NCBI GenBank assembly: GCA_964513465.1
Contig: CAZEMR010000001.1
Location: 81,037 to 145,036 of the forward strand
Length of the DNA stretch: 64,000 bases
Origin: an uncultured Hyphomicrobiales bacterium
GTDB taxonomy: Bacteria > Bacteroidota > Ignavibacteria > Kapaibacteriales > UBA2268
Reading direction: 5' to 3'
Shown: in pieces, positions 62,604-64,000 of the stretch
Numbering within the stretch: position 1 is the stretch's first letter
How the letters are laid out: each line of letters begins with the position of its first letter
Position numbers and translations under genes: made by a program
Notes under the pieces: model-generated
The model's database searches: none
The model's input: the letters and a program-made list of their open reading frames with translations, nothing else
Told to the model about the DNA's origin: nothing

Positions 62604-62836
62604 AAACTGCTATGTTTTATAGTTACTTACAAATATATTTGAAAAAAATGACAAGTTCAAGAATTAACTTGATTTTGTTTAAAAAAATTAATCATTTCTT
62701 TCTCCGGTTTCAAATTTAAATTACTCCGGCCAAATTAAAAAAATTTTTTTTCCATGATAAATTTGTATGGGGTTTTTTAATTAGCCGGTGAGTGGATATT
62801 TTTGCATAGAGAAAATAAACCAATCGAAAGATAAAC

Positions 62837-63622
62837 ATGCAATCGGAAAAATTTATCTTAATCGCCGGGCCCTGCGTGATCGAATCCGAGTCGATGCTCG
62901 ACGAAACCGCCGCAACTCTGAAATCGATTACCGATGGGCGGGATGTGGACTTTTATTTCAAGGCATCGTATAAAAAGGCTAACCGCACAAGTTATGAATC
63001 ATTTACGGGGATCGGCGATGAGCGGGCACTCAACCTGCTCGCCGACACCGCCGCTAAATACGGCCTGCGGACTATTACTGACGTCCACACCGCCGAAGAA
63101 GCGGAAATGGCCGCCGCATTTGTGGATGCGCTCCAGATTCCCGCATTTCTGAGCCGCCAGACCGAACTACTGATCGCCGCCGCGCGAACCGGCAAGCAGA
63201 TTAATATTAAAAAGGCGCAGTTCATGGCCCCCGAGGATATGCACCGCGCCGCCGATAAAGTCAGCAAAGCCGGCAATAAACAAATCTGGCTGACCGAGCG
63301 CGGCACATTCTACGGATACCACGACCTTGTGGTCGACTATCGCTCGCTGCTGATTATGCGTCAAAGCGGCTATCCGGTGATCTACGACGCGACGCATTCG
63401 GTGCAGCAGCCCTCGCGCGGAGCCCAATCCGGCGGACGTCCGGAGTTCATCCGGCCACTGGCCCGGGCTGCGTCAGCTACGGGAATCGACGGGATATTTT
63501 TCGAGACCCATCCGGATCCGGCAAATGCCAAAAGCGATGCCGCATCGCAGCTTCCGCTCAATCTGGCAGAAAATTTTTTAAACGAGATATTGGAAATCCA
63601 TGATATTATTTCCAAAAAATAG
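62837..63622 (+). CDS. kdsA: KDO8P synthase (metal-dependent type)
   Basis: AGPCVIE, KANRTS, QIPAFL.RQT, DATHSVQ, ETHP.P. Confidence 0.96.
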   Translation: MQSEKFILIAGPCVIESESMLDETAATLKSITDGRDVDFYFKASYKKANRTSYESFTGIGDERALNLLADTAAKYGLRTITDVHTAEEAEMAAAFVDALQIPAFLSRQTELLIAAARTGKQINIKKAQFMAPEDMHRAADKVSKAGNKQIWLTERGTFYGYHDLVVDYRSLLIMRQSGYPVIYDATHSVQQPSRGAQSGGRPEFIRPLARAASATGIDGIFFETHPDPANAKSDAASQLPLNLAENFLNEILEIHDIISKK

Positions 63623-64000
63623 TTTTTTATTTCCGCTTATTATTTTTATAATAATAATTGCATTTTTGAGCGTGGGATGCTCCGACAGCGACGTTGTTCC
63701 CAAAAAAATCGAAGATTCACTTGATGTATCCAAGGTTCCCGACCAGATGGGATGGGATGTAGAGGTGATGTTCTTTGATTCTTCGCGCACTAAGGCCATA
63801 CTTAATGCCCGAAAAGCAAGCGTATTCAACGATCGTATGGAAACCGTGCTCGAAGGCGGCATACGCGTGGAATTTATGTCCAAAACATCCGGCAAACGCG
63901 TCAGCCTGCTTACGGCCAACAGCGCCGTGGTCGACGACAAAACCCGCGATATGCTGGCCCGCGGCAATGTTGTGGTGATATCAGACAGCACAAACACACG
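63600..64000 (+). CDS. lptC: LPS export protein LptC, 3'-truncated; not in the supplied ORF track
   Basis: Hand translation from ATG 63600: MILFPKNSFLFPLIIFIIIIAFLSVGC...PDQMGWDVEVMFFDSSRTKAILNA...LTANSAVVD...ARGNVVVIS (beta-jellyroll pattern). Open to the window end and follows kdsA. Confidence 0.8.
   Translation, partial: MILFPKNSFLFPLIIFIIIIAFLSVGCSDSDVVPKKIEDSLDVSKVPDQMGWDVEVMFFDSSRTKAILNARKASVFNDRMETVLEGGIRVEFMSKTSGKRVSLLTANSAVVDDKTRDMLARGNVVVISDSTNT

Overview
A gene-dense 64 kb stretch of bacterial core chromosome, with no CRISPR array, rRNA, tRNA, phage or transposase that I can see. The lineage is probably in the Bacteroidota/Chlorobi/Ignavibacteria/Kapabacteria (FCB) group. That is an inference from 13 TAnnTTTG '-7' promoter boxes in front of transcription units, an atp operon lacking atpD/atpC, and an a-subunit with a long N-terminal extension. 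Housekeeping genes: mutS2, tmk, rsmI, tadA, gyrA, atpZIBEFHA/G, ddl, uracil-DNA glycosylase, rdgB, metH, a YitJ-type HMT/MTHFR fusion, tsaC, ptsH/ptsI, dapF, suhB, recN, ftsK, kdsA and a partial lptC. Also present are four histidine kinases, a single-domain receiver and several envelope genes. The best candidate for an uncharacterised system is a translationally coupled two-gene operon at 34269-35854. It encodes a soluble 260-aa protein with two degenerate chemoreceptor hairpin-tip motifs in one chain, plus an ODP-type di-iron (O2/Fe-sensing) metallo-beta-lactamase-fold protein. Other oddities: the LPS heptose epimerase hldD lies inside the ATP synthase operon between atpA and atpG; a signal peptide-TPR-SagB nitroreductase fusion; an M20D amidohydrolase next to dapF; and a phosphorelay inserted between two methionine-synthesis genes. 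All assignments come from reading motifs by eye; no database searches were run.
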